A DNA stretch of 64,000 bases from Takakia lepidozioides (GCA_030704615.1 CM060733.1:41478001-41542000), one strand, 5' to 3'; shown: positions 47,301 through 60,515, numbered from the stretch's first letter. Translations and numbers: made by a program. The notes: generated from the sequence alone by a model not told the origin.

Positions 47301-49937
47301 CTTGTCAGCCACAGAGGAAACGAAACTCTCCCAAGAGTCCACTGCTCTTTCGACTTCATTTCTTGCGTTGTCAGAGCGAGACTGAAGTTCTTGGAGCGAT
47401 TGGACAAAATGGGAGAGATTGTACTCATAAGACGTTGTTTGCCGTAGCCTTGTGGCCATTGACCCCGCGCCCAGTTTGAGCGGGAACAAAAGGGACAGAA
47501 CCTACCTCTGTCAGGGGCTGACGTTGGTAGTACGACTTACCTCCATATAAAGAATTAATCCGGGTTTTCCAGATATCCTCTAGAAATCCCTTCACACAAG
47601 CATCAATCTGCTGTGTGTGATTTGCCCAAAAACTAGGCCTCAGGAGGGCCTGGGCTTTTGGCTCAGCCTCGAGGCTTTCAAAGTTGGTAAACAGGGGTAC
47701 AGGCACAATTCCCTTAATAGATTTGAAGAGAGCGTCTCTTTGGCGAGAGAACCCCGGACAGTGTATCAGAAAATGAATACTGTCTTCAGATTGCCCACAC
47801 AACGGGCAATTGCACACTCCCTTTCCTCTCTGCTTCTGTTTGCTGTTCAAAGGTAGGCTTCCTGCCCTGAGTTTAAATTTCAGTCTAGTGCCGAGAGTGG
47901 GTAGACCCTTGAGGTCATCCAAGATGTCCTCCCCCATGTCACAGACTGGAAACAAGTTCAGGGAAGTTTTCTGCCTAACTTCATTTTCATCAGACAATCT
48001 CATGGCAACAGACATGGCTGAGGACACTACAGCCTCTAAGTCAGATTTATCCAGCAGGGTCAAGACTTGCGGATCCAGGTCCAGGTCCTTGAGAATCTCC
48101 TTGAGAATTCAAAATGGGAGAGAGAGAGAGAAGGAGAGGCTCTCTGTCTAAGCTGTAATATTGGTCCATTTTTGTTTCATTGAAGGGATTTGTTGCGTGT
48201 GTGGGACGGGGTCAGGTGGGATTTCCACCTCGTGCAATTCTTTTTTGCTTGTCTTCCTTCCTTGGGTAATCTACTCTACACCTCTCTTTTGTTATTCACT
48301 TTTGTTGGTCATATTCAGTTATTGTCCAGCACTTGTCATAGCTGGACTCAACTTGGTAGCTGGCTGTTCCATGATAGGGAGAAAAGAGTGGTTGGAGCTG
48401 CACACGCAATAATAGATTATGAAGTTTTTTGTTTTTGGATTCTGTCTCTATAAGGCAAGGTTTCTGCAAATTGGTGATACTTCTGCAGATAGTTTCTTTG
48501 TTGTGTTATTGCTTTTGAGTGGATGGAGAGGAAGAGAGAATGTATGAATAAGATGTTGTTTGCTGTAGCATTGTGGCCATAGACCTTACGCCCAGTTTGG
48601 ATGGAGAGGAAGAGAATGTACTCATAAGACGTTGTTTCCCAAGCCTTGTAGCCAAACGACTCCGTGCCCAGTTTGGGTGGATATGCAGAGAGAGATGTAT
48701 TGCATATGTTTCCAGGAGGAAGTTGAAAGGCAGGTGGTGAGAGCTGGAAGTTGATATATGGGCAACTTTTGACAGAAGGTGGGGTCTGCACTGCATGCAG
48801 CTGTTTACTTGACAGCGCAATATGCCCGCCATGAAATGCGACGCATGGAAAAGGTATGTACACATGTGAAATTTTGTCTGTTGATTTAAATCTTCAACGT
48901 CACATACATGGTGCCCTTATCATTTGGACATGCTTGTTATGAAGTCCTGTCTATAAGCATTCCATGTCAACCATACAAGCACGAACATGGTCACGAGCAG
49001 TTGACATTAGAGGGGTTATAACTAAGTGGTCTGCCTCGACAGTCTTATGAAAGAAGAGGCTATTTTGTAATTGGAGAAAAGATAATCTCTCTCTCTCAGT
49101 GTTCAAGTTACATCATAGCTTTAGTTAGATTTCAGGGCCAGCCTTGAAATCAACACTAAATCAACCCTACCGCTGTGTCCAAGAGTTGTGTGACAATGTT
49201 GGCCGAGTTCATACCCGGTAGAATTTGTAATGGCCAATAGTCAGAGGGCACTATCAATGATTAGATTCTTTTTCTCTTATGTCAAGTCATCTAGTGTTTG
49301 ATTCAAGGTATGCCTATGTGAAGTCAGTATGATGGTTGCTGCAGGAGCGGGATGAGAAGTTGGAAAAAGTTATTGACAGAGAGTTTGAAGTAGAACTTGA
49401 GTCAGAACTGGAAGAGGCTGCTACAGTCGTTGGGATTCATGGAACAGATTTGGTGGCACGCATTGAGGCAATCGAGGAGAAGCTGAAACAATTACAGCCA
49501 TCTCGGATAGGATCTGAGAACCAGAAGCAGAGAGATGAGGAGAAAGCTGGAGAGAAAGTAGGAGAGAAAGCAACTGAGACAGAGACAAGTGTTACGGAAG
49601 GAGGGAAGAGACACTTACATCCAAAAGTAAGTTTTCTCTTCCGTACTTTTTGGGTCATATACATCATCCATCATGTACAATCCTTGTTCAGAGTCACTGG
49701 AATTACTCTACTGTAGAATTCTTATGTGTTCATGGTCTTACTGTGCAGAAAATAATGGTTTCAGGAGAGCCAGACCTTTCTACAGGAATGGACCATCCTA
49801 AGGGGGAGGGCTACTGGAAGTGGTGGAGAGGGAAGAGAGGAGCAGCAATGGATGGGAAGCCTGGGCGCGAACAAGACCAGAAGCCAGATGTGCAGCTGCG
49901 GCCTGAAATGGAGCGAATGAAGGAAGAGGGTCATTAG
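42385..49937 (+). CDS. At1g80700/At1g80980-like ('stress response NST1-like') membrane/coiled-coil protein, 5 exons
   Basis: Exons ~42385-42629, 48216-48265, 48801-48853, 49345-49626, 49749-49937 splice in frame via GT-AG to give KKFG-WDFHLVQFFFACLPSL-AVYLTAQYARHEMRRMEK-ERDEK...; start codon uncertain. Confidence 0.85.
43580..44260 (-). mobile_element. Three short 3'-end fragments of the RTE/RTEX-like LINE
   Basis: gagaga(a/t)tgtactcgtaa..gttgttt.c.gtagccttgtgg at ~43585, 43925 and 44050. Confidence 0.85.
44261..44312. repeat. (GT)n(GA)n microsatellite
   Basis: Direct reading. Confidence 0.95.
44823..47404 (-). mobile_element. 5'-truncated RTE-group (RTEX-like) non-LTR retrotransposon, copy A: RT and C-terminal CCHC finger
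   Basis: KAGGPDGI, NYRGITLL, QAGFR, LDVKKAYD, QGCTLSPLLF, FADD, YLGV; CPLC..HFLIHC; (TC)n tail; frameshifts and small deletions. Confidence 0.93.
47419..48100 (-). mobile_element. Same LINE, copy B (3' ~680 bp, open C-terminal frame)
   Basis: ORF 47425..48063; flanked by caaaatgggagaga at 47405-47418 and 48110-48123. Confidence 0.93.
48530..48680 (-). mobile_element. Two tandem very short LINE 3'-end fragments
   Basis: Degenerate tgtactcataagacgttgttt...cccagtttgg after tggatggagaggaagaga at ~48520 and ~48598. Confidence 0.8.
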
Positions 49938-51414
49938 AAGCTGTAATGTTAAATCAGGTTGCTAGGGAAAGAAACATATTGCTCTGGGGCTTCAAATTTT
50001 CAACGAGTTAAATCTTAAATTATGTGGCCGTGCTCTGGTTCAGATGGCCGTGGTTCAAGAGGAGCACAAGAGGTATGAGTTATGAAAAGACTTGGGGGAG
50101 ATCAAGCTTACAAGCACTGGTCACCGATGTGTTTATTTAGCACATATTCTTGAAGGGTAACAAGTAAACTCATGCCAGCACGTGATAGGTGCTCAGAAGC
50201 TTTCCCCCTGCCGGTGATCTTGCATTTTTTCGTTTCTAAAGTGGCAGATTTTGATCCACATAACTCTTTTCCAATATGTAACCAGGGGTTCCCTGCTCAG
50301 TAATGCAAGATGCTCTTGCAAATGTGCACTTCTAGGATTTTCTAAACTGAATTAATCTGCAGGGTGTTTGGAATTGACCCCCTTGTTAGTAGGAAGATGT
50401 ACCTCATGCTTGTGGGCACCTACTCTAGGTGCCTTGTATCCACATACAAACTGGCAGTGGCAGACAGTTCTGTATTTATGCGTGGTATGAATCTATTCAC
50501 TCCTTCAGGTTTTGTGCAGGAGACCTGCGGGAAGGTGGATGTCCACATCATGATGGTGGTGGCTGTGCACAGGAGAGTCACACCAACCAGTGTTAGCAAT
50601 CATCACTGTCACTGACAAATCTGCACTACAAAAGGCCAGTAATCTTATGCTTGGCACTTTCACAGGGATCATGGTTGTGATTGCAACTTTTCATTACCAA
50701 CTACGCCACTCTTGACTCTACACAGTGTACACCCATGCCATGGATCTCTTACTAGCAATGATACTTAAATATATGTATTAGATTTGGGTGCCCCAGAAGT
50801 GATACCTAACGACCTGGCAGACCAGAACATGTGAGAATTTTTAGACTCTCTCGGTAGGGGTGTAGTAATCAATCTACCACCAGTAAAAATGTGACTGAGG
50901 AAACCATTGCACCGGCCCAGACAGTGCTAATTGTGTTGCAAAGTCTTGCAAATTTGACTTGTATTGGGTCCTCTACTGTGTAGTTTGTTCTCTTCAACCA
51001 CCAGACTACTGGAGACTCCCCTGATGTCTGGCCCTCTCCATTATGGGACAGGAGGAGGATATTAATTGGAAGCATAAGAAGAAAAGCGATTAGAAACTAA
51101 AGACTCATCTATTAATCTATAATTCTATAAGTCTTCTTCTATGGCTACTGTACTGTCCATTTTTCACGCTCCAGTAAAGAACATGGCTTTTTGATAAGGC
51201 TTTTGTCAATTAAAGTTGGCCCTAGAGGGACCCCTAAATATTAACTAAAGTACTTAATACACATATAAGTAGTGCGGTGAGCACCTCCTTATATAGCCTT
51301 GGGAGGCCCCCCTGGACACTTCCAGAAGAATCCCGCAAGGCGGTGGTGGAGCCACCAGAGGCTGGGCTGCTCCAATGCTGCGCCTAAACCCCACTATTTG
51401 ACACGTGTCTATAT

Positions 51415-51745
51415 ATCTGTAGCCCAAGTTTTATTTAAAAACAAATCAGCGAGTGAGAAGATGGCATGATGATGTGGAGGGGCAGGCGGAAAAAGAGGGG
51501 AAGGACAAATAGGGGGGCTTGACGAGTGGACAGGTGGGCCCGGGGCGTAGGGACACCTGGAAAGAGGGGGAGAGAATGTTTAATTTATGGAAATAGGCGC
51601 AGCATTGGAACAACCAATGGTGGGCTCAAATTAGAGTATTTGGGGGGTGCAATTACTAGTTTACTTTGGGCCCCTCCACATCATCTGCCATCTTCTCAAT
51701 CGCTGATTTAAGAAAAAAAATGAATCTTGGGCTAACATGTATATT
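51415..51745. repeat. Imperfect inverted repeat (MITE-like hairpin)
   Basis: tagcccaag..aaatcagcga.tgagaagatggca.gatgatgtggagggg (~51420-51482) versus cccctccacatcatctgccatcttctca.tcgctgattt..cttgggcta (~51671-51734). Confidence 0.7.
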
Positions 51746-52817
51746 AGCCGCTTAATTATTTTGGGAAACACTTGGGAGCGACAGCTCACAAATCAGTCCC
51801 GTTGGCCCGTAAGCACCCAATGGGAAAATTTGAATTTTTGGAAAAACCCCCAGCAGGGGACACAAAATTTGACTGCAACGAAAGGTACATAACCACCTCA
51901 CCCAGGGCTATGCAAATTTGCAGGCCAATCAGGTTAGATCCTGCAAAACCCCACCGTTGGGGGTGAGTCCATTTTTGGGCCCTAATTGGATAAAGAAAAA
52001 CAACTTCAGGTGTTTTCAGTTTTGGATGATCGGATGAAGGCAGATGGATCTGGGAGATTGTAACAGTGCGAGTACGAGGCCTTCATCCACTGGGGATGCT
52101 GCATCCAACAAGCCAAAAAACAACAAAATCTTGTAAAATCGGGGCCTTTTCCTGGATTTTGGACAACCCCAAACCAGCTCCCAATTGCACCCATTTACTC
52201 TATGAATGTGTTGCTTTGCAGGCCCAGTAACATGCTCACTGCCTTTGTCTTTATATGTTTCACATTGGCAGCCAAGGGATCAGAATTCAGGACTCCACCA
52301 CCAAACAACCATCCAAGTAAGGGCAGTCCCTGGAAGTCTCTCCGTTGACGGTGGGGACGCAACTTGCAAGTTGGACAACCAAGTTGTAGCACTTACCGGG
52401 TCCCGTGCGTCGAGACGGGACCGGTGAAGTGTTGTGAGTACAAAATGGTGTGCCACTTCAACCATTTAGCAAGTAAAGGTGAAACTGCTGGACTTGTGAA
52501 ATGATCTATAGCACTAAAAGCTCACAGCTACATATACTTAAATAGTCAGAAGATTCAAACCACACCCAAACTTATTGTGCCTTGACGAATTAGGATGTGG
52601 AAACCTTGCCTCATGGACCTCTTTGGTTTCTTTTCTGGCTCTCGTGTGAAAGCAGTGACTCTTCCCAGGTCCAACTAGGAACACATAAACTCACACAGAG
52701 GACAAGAGGAAGAGGAGTGGGTATATCTAGAGCTCTTTTACTTTCACTTTCTCTACTCAATGGAGGGGACAAGGGGCAGCCAAAAGAAAGAGACAGTGGA
52801 GAGGGACCCTCATTGTA

Positions 52818-55800
52818 CTATTGTCCTCCAGCAGCGTCCACATCTGGTGCGTTTACAAAAGCAGACCTGCCAAGCTTCCGAAAAGACACCACTGATCTGC
52901 GCCACTCTCGAGCAGGCACCTGCTTACACATAAACACGTTAGCTCCAGGGACTACGAAATAACAAAGATCACATGATCATTGGTTAATAACCCTCCTGAT
53001 TACATAGACCTCTTAGTTAGCTCTCACCATAACCAGGGATTGTTGGGGATTCACCCAGTTGCTCATCAAAAGGAATGGGAGGAATATGCACTGGGCCTAG
53101 GATAAGTGACAGTGGTCAGTTTCATGTACTGATCTAGTCCAATATAAACGTGGAATGAAGCCTTGTCCTTTGTGTGTGCATGCATCTGTGTCACAGAAAA
53201 AATTCACAGGGTGGGGACTCCACAATCACCCCTTGCCAAGAGGAAAGGGAGGAATAAGGGGCGGTGATCAGCCTTCTCTGACATACATCAGACTAGTCCA
53301 GTCTTAAACAAAGATGGAAAGTGGGTGGGTGTGCATCCGTCGGATCGGATCGAGCACCACTGGTTACTGATAGTATAGAGCTAAATACGAGGTTTGCAAT
53401 CACAGATGTACGTACACACACACGTCCAGAATTGCCAAAGAGAGAACAAGAGAAACAAACCGCAGGAAAACCTGCATAGTCGCCAGGCTCTTCAATGTTT
53501 TGCACTACACCACTCTTTGCTCCTATCCGCACCTGTCCTCCATGCCCACAGTTGCTATCCCTGCTTAATGTGTTTGTATTTGACGAACCCTATGGTACAA
53601 TACTAAAGCATAAACAACCCACCCTTCAAATCTATGTATTTGACATCCTGGGACTTTGTCCAACACAATAATGGCTATCAATCGATGATCAGGATATTGA
53701 AACACTAGCCTTAGTGGGGGTGAAACTCGCACTATTTCCTAGGAATCCATTTTGAGTGGCCAAATACCATTTCCCAAACACTTCATCATCTACACCAATC
53801 AAAGTTTTGAGCACTGGAGTATATGTGGAAACCTTGGAGACAACAGACACATGATCTGACACGCCAGCCTTCCCCCCCAGCACTACATAGTCCCCAATAC
53901 TGCAAGGACACATCACAGTCAACTGATCAGCCAGATTCCTAAACTCTACACCCATGACCTTAACTCACATACTTTCCATGTCTGCACACAGACAATAACT
54001 CACTCTTGCAAAGGCAGCCTTTGTAGGTTGCTTCACATATTGTCAATGTATGTTCCACCAATACAACCATAGTTTAGTGTTTTACAGAAGCATCTAGCAA
54101 GGATTTTGACTTGCTTGTAGTATTAATTTTAACAATACATACGTGCTCTACACCTCAAAATGTTTTCTTCTGTCCAGCGCCCCCTTCGCAATATGGTCAA
54201 GTGCCTGGAGCTCTCCAAGATGAAGGAGATTACCTGGAGGAACCACCGAGGCCAACTTGGCCACAAAGCATGCAGCAGCGGCCTACCACCACATTATGCC
54301 CTATCTGCACCACGGCTTAGGCCATTCATCATCTCAAAGGAGAAAATTCAAGTCCATCAGACGTTCCTTCTGCAAATTCTTTGTGCATTTTAACACTTGC
54401 TGCAATGGGCAGAGGAAAACACATATTAACGTAAACACAGCCACAGACAGGCATGAAGTTACCAGGGGAGGATGATGGAAGACAATTGACTAGAAGAATA
54501 TGCACAGAAATGAGGATTGGCAAGTGAAAAAAGTTTGCATAATATTATAGATAGCTAAAAAAGTATTAGTGTACAGATTTCTTGCCGATTGATCAGTCAC
54601 AAATCTCAAGAGCTCGCTTTGACCTGAAACCCTCTTACTTTGGAACAAGATTTTCCCTCCAACGCTGAAAGCAACAAATATAGGAGTGAGCGAATGTATA
54701 CCTGGACAAGATTATCAATTTTGGTATGGTCGCCTATCACAGTGTCACGCCAGCTGCCAACCCTCACCATTAATTGGGCCCCCACTTCCTGCCCTGACAT
54801 CCACACTGCCTCCCCCTTGGCACTCACTTCTAGCCTACTCATTTTTGTATCAAACATGAACATCTGTACACACAGACGTATGTTTTCACACATCTATAAA
54901 CAAGCTACCATTGGTATGAGCAGGCATCTGGCAGCAAACAGCTATGCAACAGCAATACTCTCTCCCCATTCCCTTCCCGGTCCCCTCTCCCCAAAGTTTC
55001 TCAGCTTCTGATTTTTACAATCAATAGATTATGGATTAGCTCATGTTGCTGATATAAACACCTTTGATGCTAGGAAGGAGGTCCAGCACACTGCCATTTA
55101 ACACCTCTAACATGGGAGGTTGATCTGGTCTGGTGTAAGAAATAAACCTGCCACGGTCAATACAAGTGTTGGCACCAATCTCTACATGGTTCCCAATTTG
55201 CACCCGTAACAACTGCACCAAGCACCCTCCAACATCTTTAACTCCTAGTGCATTCACCATAGAGCTTGGCATGTCTTCTTTCATCATTTTCGGTGATGTT
55301 TCACTCATGTATTACAAGAAGCAAACACTGGGCATGGTGAGATAATAATGAGTGATGGATTCAAAAGACTGATCAAATTCTTACTTCTGTCAGAGCGTTT
55401 TATGTGAAAGTGCCGAACTTTTTGAGCCTCTTGAATACCATCAGGACACCCTACTCACCGAAGGCCAAGTCTGGGAGATTACCTGCGGCTTCTTCACCAT
55501 TTCACCAGCATCATTCACTAGGAAGCCAAAACCTTCTCCAACCACATTCACACACAAAACGTGTCAGGCTGTCAATTGCATTAGTGATCTCCTTGCAATT
55601 CCTTGGCACAGTTGTAATCCAGAACCGTTGACCTGACACTCAAAAAACCAACAGTGGACACATGTGAAAGGCAAGCCACACCCCTGGCTATGAGTAAATT
55701 CCAGTGCACGCTGATGTCACACAGCACGGAGCCACACTACCAATCAGGATGGTAAGCTGTTGCCAGATTCAAACCATAGACTCTTTGTCTCTAGTGGCAT

Positions 55801-58800
55801 TGAGTTGTATTTGCAAAGCAAACGGCGCAGCAACCTCGACCCGCCCCACTAGCCACGAAAAATAAATAAAAACTCCGGTCCTGCTTCAGGACGGTTTCCA
55901 GAAGCATGGGTAGCCAGAGATCTCTTACCCTTAATAACCTGACCTGCCAAGCAGGAGACAGGAAGCGAGAGAGAAAGAGAATATACAGCTTGTGATCAAA
56001 CTGAAAATGATCTCACATAGAAACACATGGAGAGTCCTAGCACATCACTATACCTCCTTTTTCAGGCATCATCACAGACACCTGGGTAGTTTTCCAGTCC
56101 TCATCATGGCAATATGAGGACACATAGCTCATACCCCAGTCATATAAACTCCATTACAGTTGCTTGAGAGATCCTGACTTCTTAGTGAAAAGGTAGTAAA
56201 AAAAGCAGATTTGTAAGACATACAACTCTACTTAAAAGGGAGAGTGGGTGGGGATTATGTATACTCACCCCATTGGAACTGTTGGTGCCTAGTGCCTACT
56301 TGGCAACCATTGACATAGTAGCCTCACCCCAACCACAAGGATGGGAGGGTGAGCTTAGTGACTTCACAACTAACAAACACGCAGATCTGCCTCCTCACTT
56401 TCATATCTTAGGAAGCAACAAGTGAAATCCCTGTGGAACCCCAGGCTTAAACCACTTCACATTTGTTACCAATGTCATCCCTGCTACAGGTCATACTAGC
56501 AAAGGGAGGAGAGGTAAGGGAGGTCCTTTCAGCCATTTCAGTCACTATAGGTACAGAACTCAGAAGCACCTATTTCAGCCCATGCTCCAGAGGGAGGGGA
56601 TGTGATCTCATGTCACTAAGCACCCATTCCCAAAAGGAAGGTGTCACTAGAGCCAAGTACTCTTAGAGTATTCATAGAATCAGCGTAGAGCTAATCAAGT
56701 ACATGTAAGTAAGCATGACAATAACCACCTATTGCCAAAAGGAAGACCAAGTACTCAGGCAAAGGTGCACTTGGTTCGCAAAAGTATTCCTAGACTTGGA
56801 GTAGAGCTTAGTCAAGTCCATGTATGTCAACTCTCTTTGTGTTGCCATACTTAGCAGACTTTCGAAGTGTTGAAGGAGTCTGCATGGATACCTTGCTTGT
56901 AGGCATACTGTGGTCAGCTCCTTCAGCTCTTGCCTGCTCCTCTTCCAAATGCGAAGAGTGGCCAGGCTTTCTAACCTTATAGGGGAGCAGCTTTAGGTTA
57001 AGACCTAGGGTGAACCGTAATGAGACACCCTTGTGAGTCATCCTGTTATCCAATTTCCCGTTCCGCTCTAGACAAACAGAATAATGGGATCAGGCAATTC
57101 TTGAATGCTGTATATGAATCTTAGCCACATTCAAGGAGAGATTGTACTCATAAGACGTTTGCCGTAGCCTTGTGGCCATTGACCCCGCGCCCAGTTTGAG
57201 CGGGAACAAAAGGGACAGAACCTACCTCTGTCAGGGGCTGACGTTGGTAGTAAGACTTACCTTCATATATAGAATTAATCCGGGTTTTCCAGATATCCTC
57301 TAGAAATCCCTTCACACAAGCATCAATCTGCTGTGTGTGATTTGCCCAAAAACTAGGGCTTTTGGCTCAGCCTCGAGACTTTCAAAGTTGGTAAACAGAG
57401 GTACAGGCACAATTCCCTTGATAGATTTGAAGAGAGCGTCTCTTTGGTGAGAGAACCCCGGACAGTGTATCAGAAAATGAATACTGTCTTCAGATTGCCC
57501 ACACAACGGGCAATTGCACTCTCCCTTTCCTCTCTGCTTCTGTTTGCTGTTCAAAGGTAGGCTTCCTGCCCTGAGTTTAAATTTCAGTCTAGTGCCGAGA
57601 GTGGGTAGACCCTTCAGGTCATCCAAGATGTCCTCCCCCATGTCATGTCTTACAACAAAACAAACAGAGTATTCAACATGAAACCACTCAGCTCTGCTAT
57701 AAACTATACTCCCCTCACAGAAACATGAGGCTGTCGTCAAGCGTTGTACCACCCGTCCTTGGCAGTGGCTGCCTCATGCGATAGGTGGTTTCCATCATCT
57801 ATCCAATGTACTCTGTAGCAAAACTTAAACATATAGAAAGGTGAAGACCCTCACCTGCGCCCGTTCCAGAAACCACAACATCCAACAGAATGCATGTTAC
57901 TGAGGATGCGCGAGGTGAGTAGCAGGTCTTTCACGCTTGCTATCACTGTCCAACATGCAGATCTAAGCAAGTGCAAGATTGCAAGAGTAGTAGTAAAGGT
58001 GTGACATTTCACAGAACCTTGAAAGTTTGAGGCAGACCAGTCTACGAGGTTGCACATATCCGTTCACAAAACCAACAAGTAATTGCAAAGCAAATGCAAG
58101 GGCTGAGTGTAACTTCCTGTTCGTGTCCACAAATCAGCCATGGCTTCCCTATAACTGCATAGGGAGCTCGACCAACACAATGAAGGCAAGGTTGCACTTA
58201 AACCTTGCTGGCCGTCAAACAACTTTTGTAAATGAGTAATAATTTACAGGGTAAGGGTTCTGAAACCCTAAATTCAAACCAGCACTTGGGCATTCAATAA
58301 ATCCCACCAGGCCCTAGCCAGGGAATGACTTTTACAGCAAGTGTCTATTTGTCATTTTCAGGACATCCATAGGAAAAAATCACATTATTCCACTGAAATT
58401 TTCTGTCCTCTAGAAATCCCTTTACACAAGCGTCAACCTGCTGTGTGTGGTTTGCCCAATAACAAGGCCCTAAAAGGGCCTGGGCTGGCTCAGCCTTGAG
58501 TTGGTAAACAGAGGTACAGGCACAATTCCCTTGATATATTTATAGAGAGTGTCTCTCTGGTGAGAGAACCCCAGACAATGAATCAGAAAATGAATATTGT
58601 CTTCAGGTTGCCCGCACAACGGGCAATTGCACTCTCCCCTTCTGTTTGCTGTTCAAAGGTAGACTTCCCGCCCTAAGTTTAAATTTCAGTCTAGTGCCGA
58701 GAGTGGGTAGACCGTTCAGGTCATCCATGATGGCCTCCCCCATGTCACAGACTGGAAACAAGTTCAGGGAAGTTTTCTGCCTAACTTCATTTTCATCAGA

Positions 58801-59219
58801 CAATTTCCTGGCAACAGAGATATGGCTTCGGAGCCTCTAAGTCAGATTTATCCAGCAGGGTCAATACCTGCGGGCTAAGATTCAGATCCTTGAAAATCTC
58901 TTCTACTCTCTTCCGCCAGGACTTAGCCTGTTTGACGGGGCAATCCTGTTTCCAAGATATAGAGTCGATTAACTAAGGATATTTGATGTTGGACGTATGT
59001 TGCAGCTGACCCACCACCTGGCCTTGAATTCATCTCTTCGGAAGGGATGCCAAACTCATCCCGAACAGCCACATTGGCTGTTTTGGAGCATGCTGACATG
59101 CACTCCTTAAGCACCCCCACTTGAATGGATTCTAGAGACTTAGCCTCGTTGGAGTTATCAAACCCATACTGCAGATTCATACTCCAAGGCAGGTCTAATA
59201 ACGCGACAAAGCATTCTAC

Positions 59220-59261
<42 letters not shown>

Positions 59262-60515
59262 AAAAAATCCTGAAGCCTCTCATTTTCAGGTTGCCTAATG
59301 CTGATACAATGCTGATACAAGGCATTGGCTACAGTAGACCGGCCAAGAGAGCAATGTACATTGACTGGATCATGTAGAAAGGTGTACACATACTCTATTA
59401 TGCTGCTGCTGCAGGGCCTAGCACAAGATATCATGTATTAGTTTGCACATCAAATGTCGTGTTTGTTCAAGGATGGAGAAAGAGCCAGAGGCATCAGGCA
59501 GTTCTTCAGTGTTGTAACAAAGAACTTAGCCACATTCAAGTAGAGAGAGAGAGAGAGAGAGAGAGAATAGTTGGAAGATGGTGCCCACCATCCTGGCCTA
59601 CACAGACACCACTGTGAAGAATGCAGGAATCACCAACAGAGCAATTTTGCAGCACAACATTGTACCTGCCAGACCCCCCATGCCCTACTTGCAGGTCAAC
59701 TTGTGCCGCCAAAGTGTTAGCGTATTTGCTTCCAAATTCCACTGATGCAATACTACGTGTCTCGTGTGAGACCAACGCTCATCTAAATCACGAGAGGGAT
59801 CGGGTACCAACCCAAGAGTGGAGGAGGCGCCAACGCTGACATTTGGTCCCACAATGCAGCCAGACAAGACGTGTGTATGAGGGCCCACATGGGCATGCTC
59901 ATGCACCAGTGCTCCCACTTCAACCACAGCACTAGCGTCCACGCGTGCCAGACTGTGTACCAGCCCTCCGCCTTTCTCCCACTTCACATGCTGCCCTCCT
60001 CCTTCTCTTTGCTCTGCCTCAGCCGCTGCACAGGCCCCCAACCTCTCTCAATCATTCGTTCATCACCTATATATACATACTTCATACCATCTGTGCACGG
60101 ATGTGCACAACGTGTGTGGGCTGTGTGCGCACAACACATCACTACCTCAATTTTCCGTGTGCAAAAACTTACCAGAACAACGTAATCCCTGTGATCGTCC
60201 CTTTCTTCCACCAGAAACATGTTGAGTCATTGAGTGCGCACCCATGCCACATTGCATGCCCGCGGTATGAGAAAGTCCAGAGGAACTCCCTTCAACGACA
60301 AAAGGGCGGCCTCGTGCCTGATTCCACTGTGAGAGATGGGTCCCGTAAAGTGTAACCTTTAAGGACTGAAACCCGGGGAGAATTGTCGGGGGTTGGACTC
60401 TAAATTGGTGGAGTGCTCTGGAATTAGAAGGAGCTCGAGAGGGTGGGCCGCCAAACGGAGAGCGAAGGGGAGGAGCTAGCCGGCACAGCGGCCGCAGCAC
60501 TACCCCACCAGGCAT
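52818..60515 (-). CDS. LpxD: UDP-3-O-acylglucosamine N-acyltransferase (plant mitochondrial LpxD), ~10 exons
   Basis: Exons encode KWEKGGG..., NCSVGDSCILHSGVCVGQDG, FGFLVNDAGEMVKKPQ, VQIGNHVEIGANTCIDRG, SWRDTVIGDHTKIDNLVQ, IGHNVVVGRCC, IGDYVVLGGKAGVSDH, RIGAKSGV..GDYAGFPA, VPAREWRR..stop at 52818-52820; Arg/Pro/Ser-rich N-terminal targeting peptide. Confidence 0.95.
57141..57645 (-). mobile_element. Same LINE, copy C (3' ~500 bp) in an LpxD intron
   Basis: Near-identical to the 3' parts of copies A and B. Confidence 0.93.
58405..59215 (-). mobile_element. Same LINE family, older diverged fragment D
   Basis: Homologous to 44985-45705 with more substitutions and indels; followed by (GA)n at 59222-59258. 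Confidence 0.9.
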
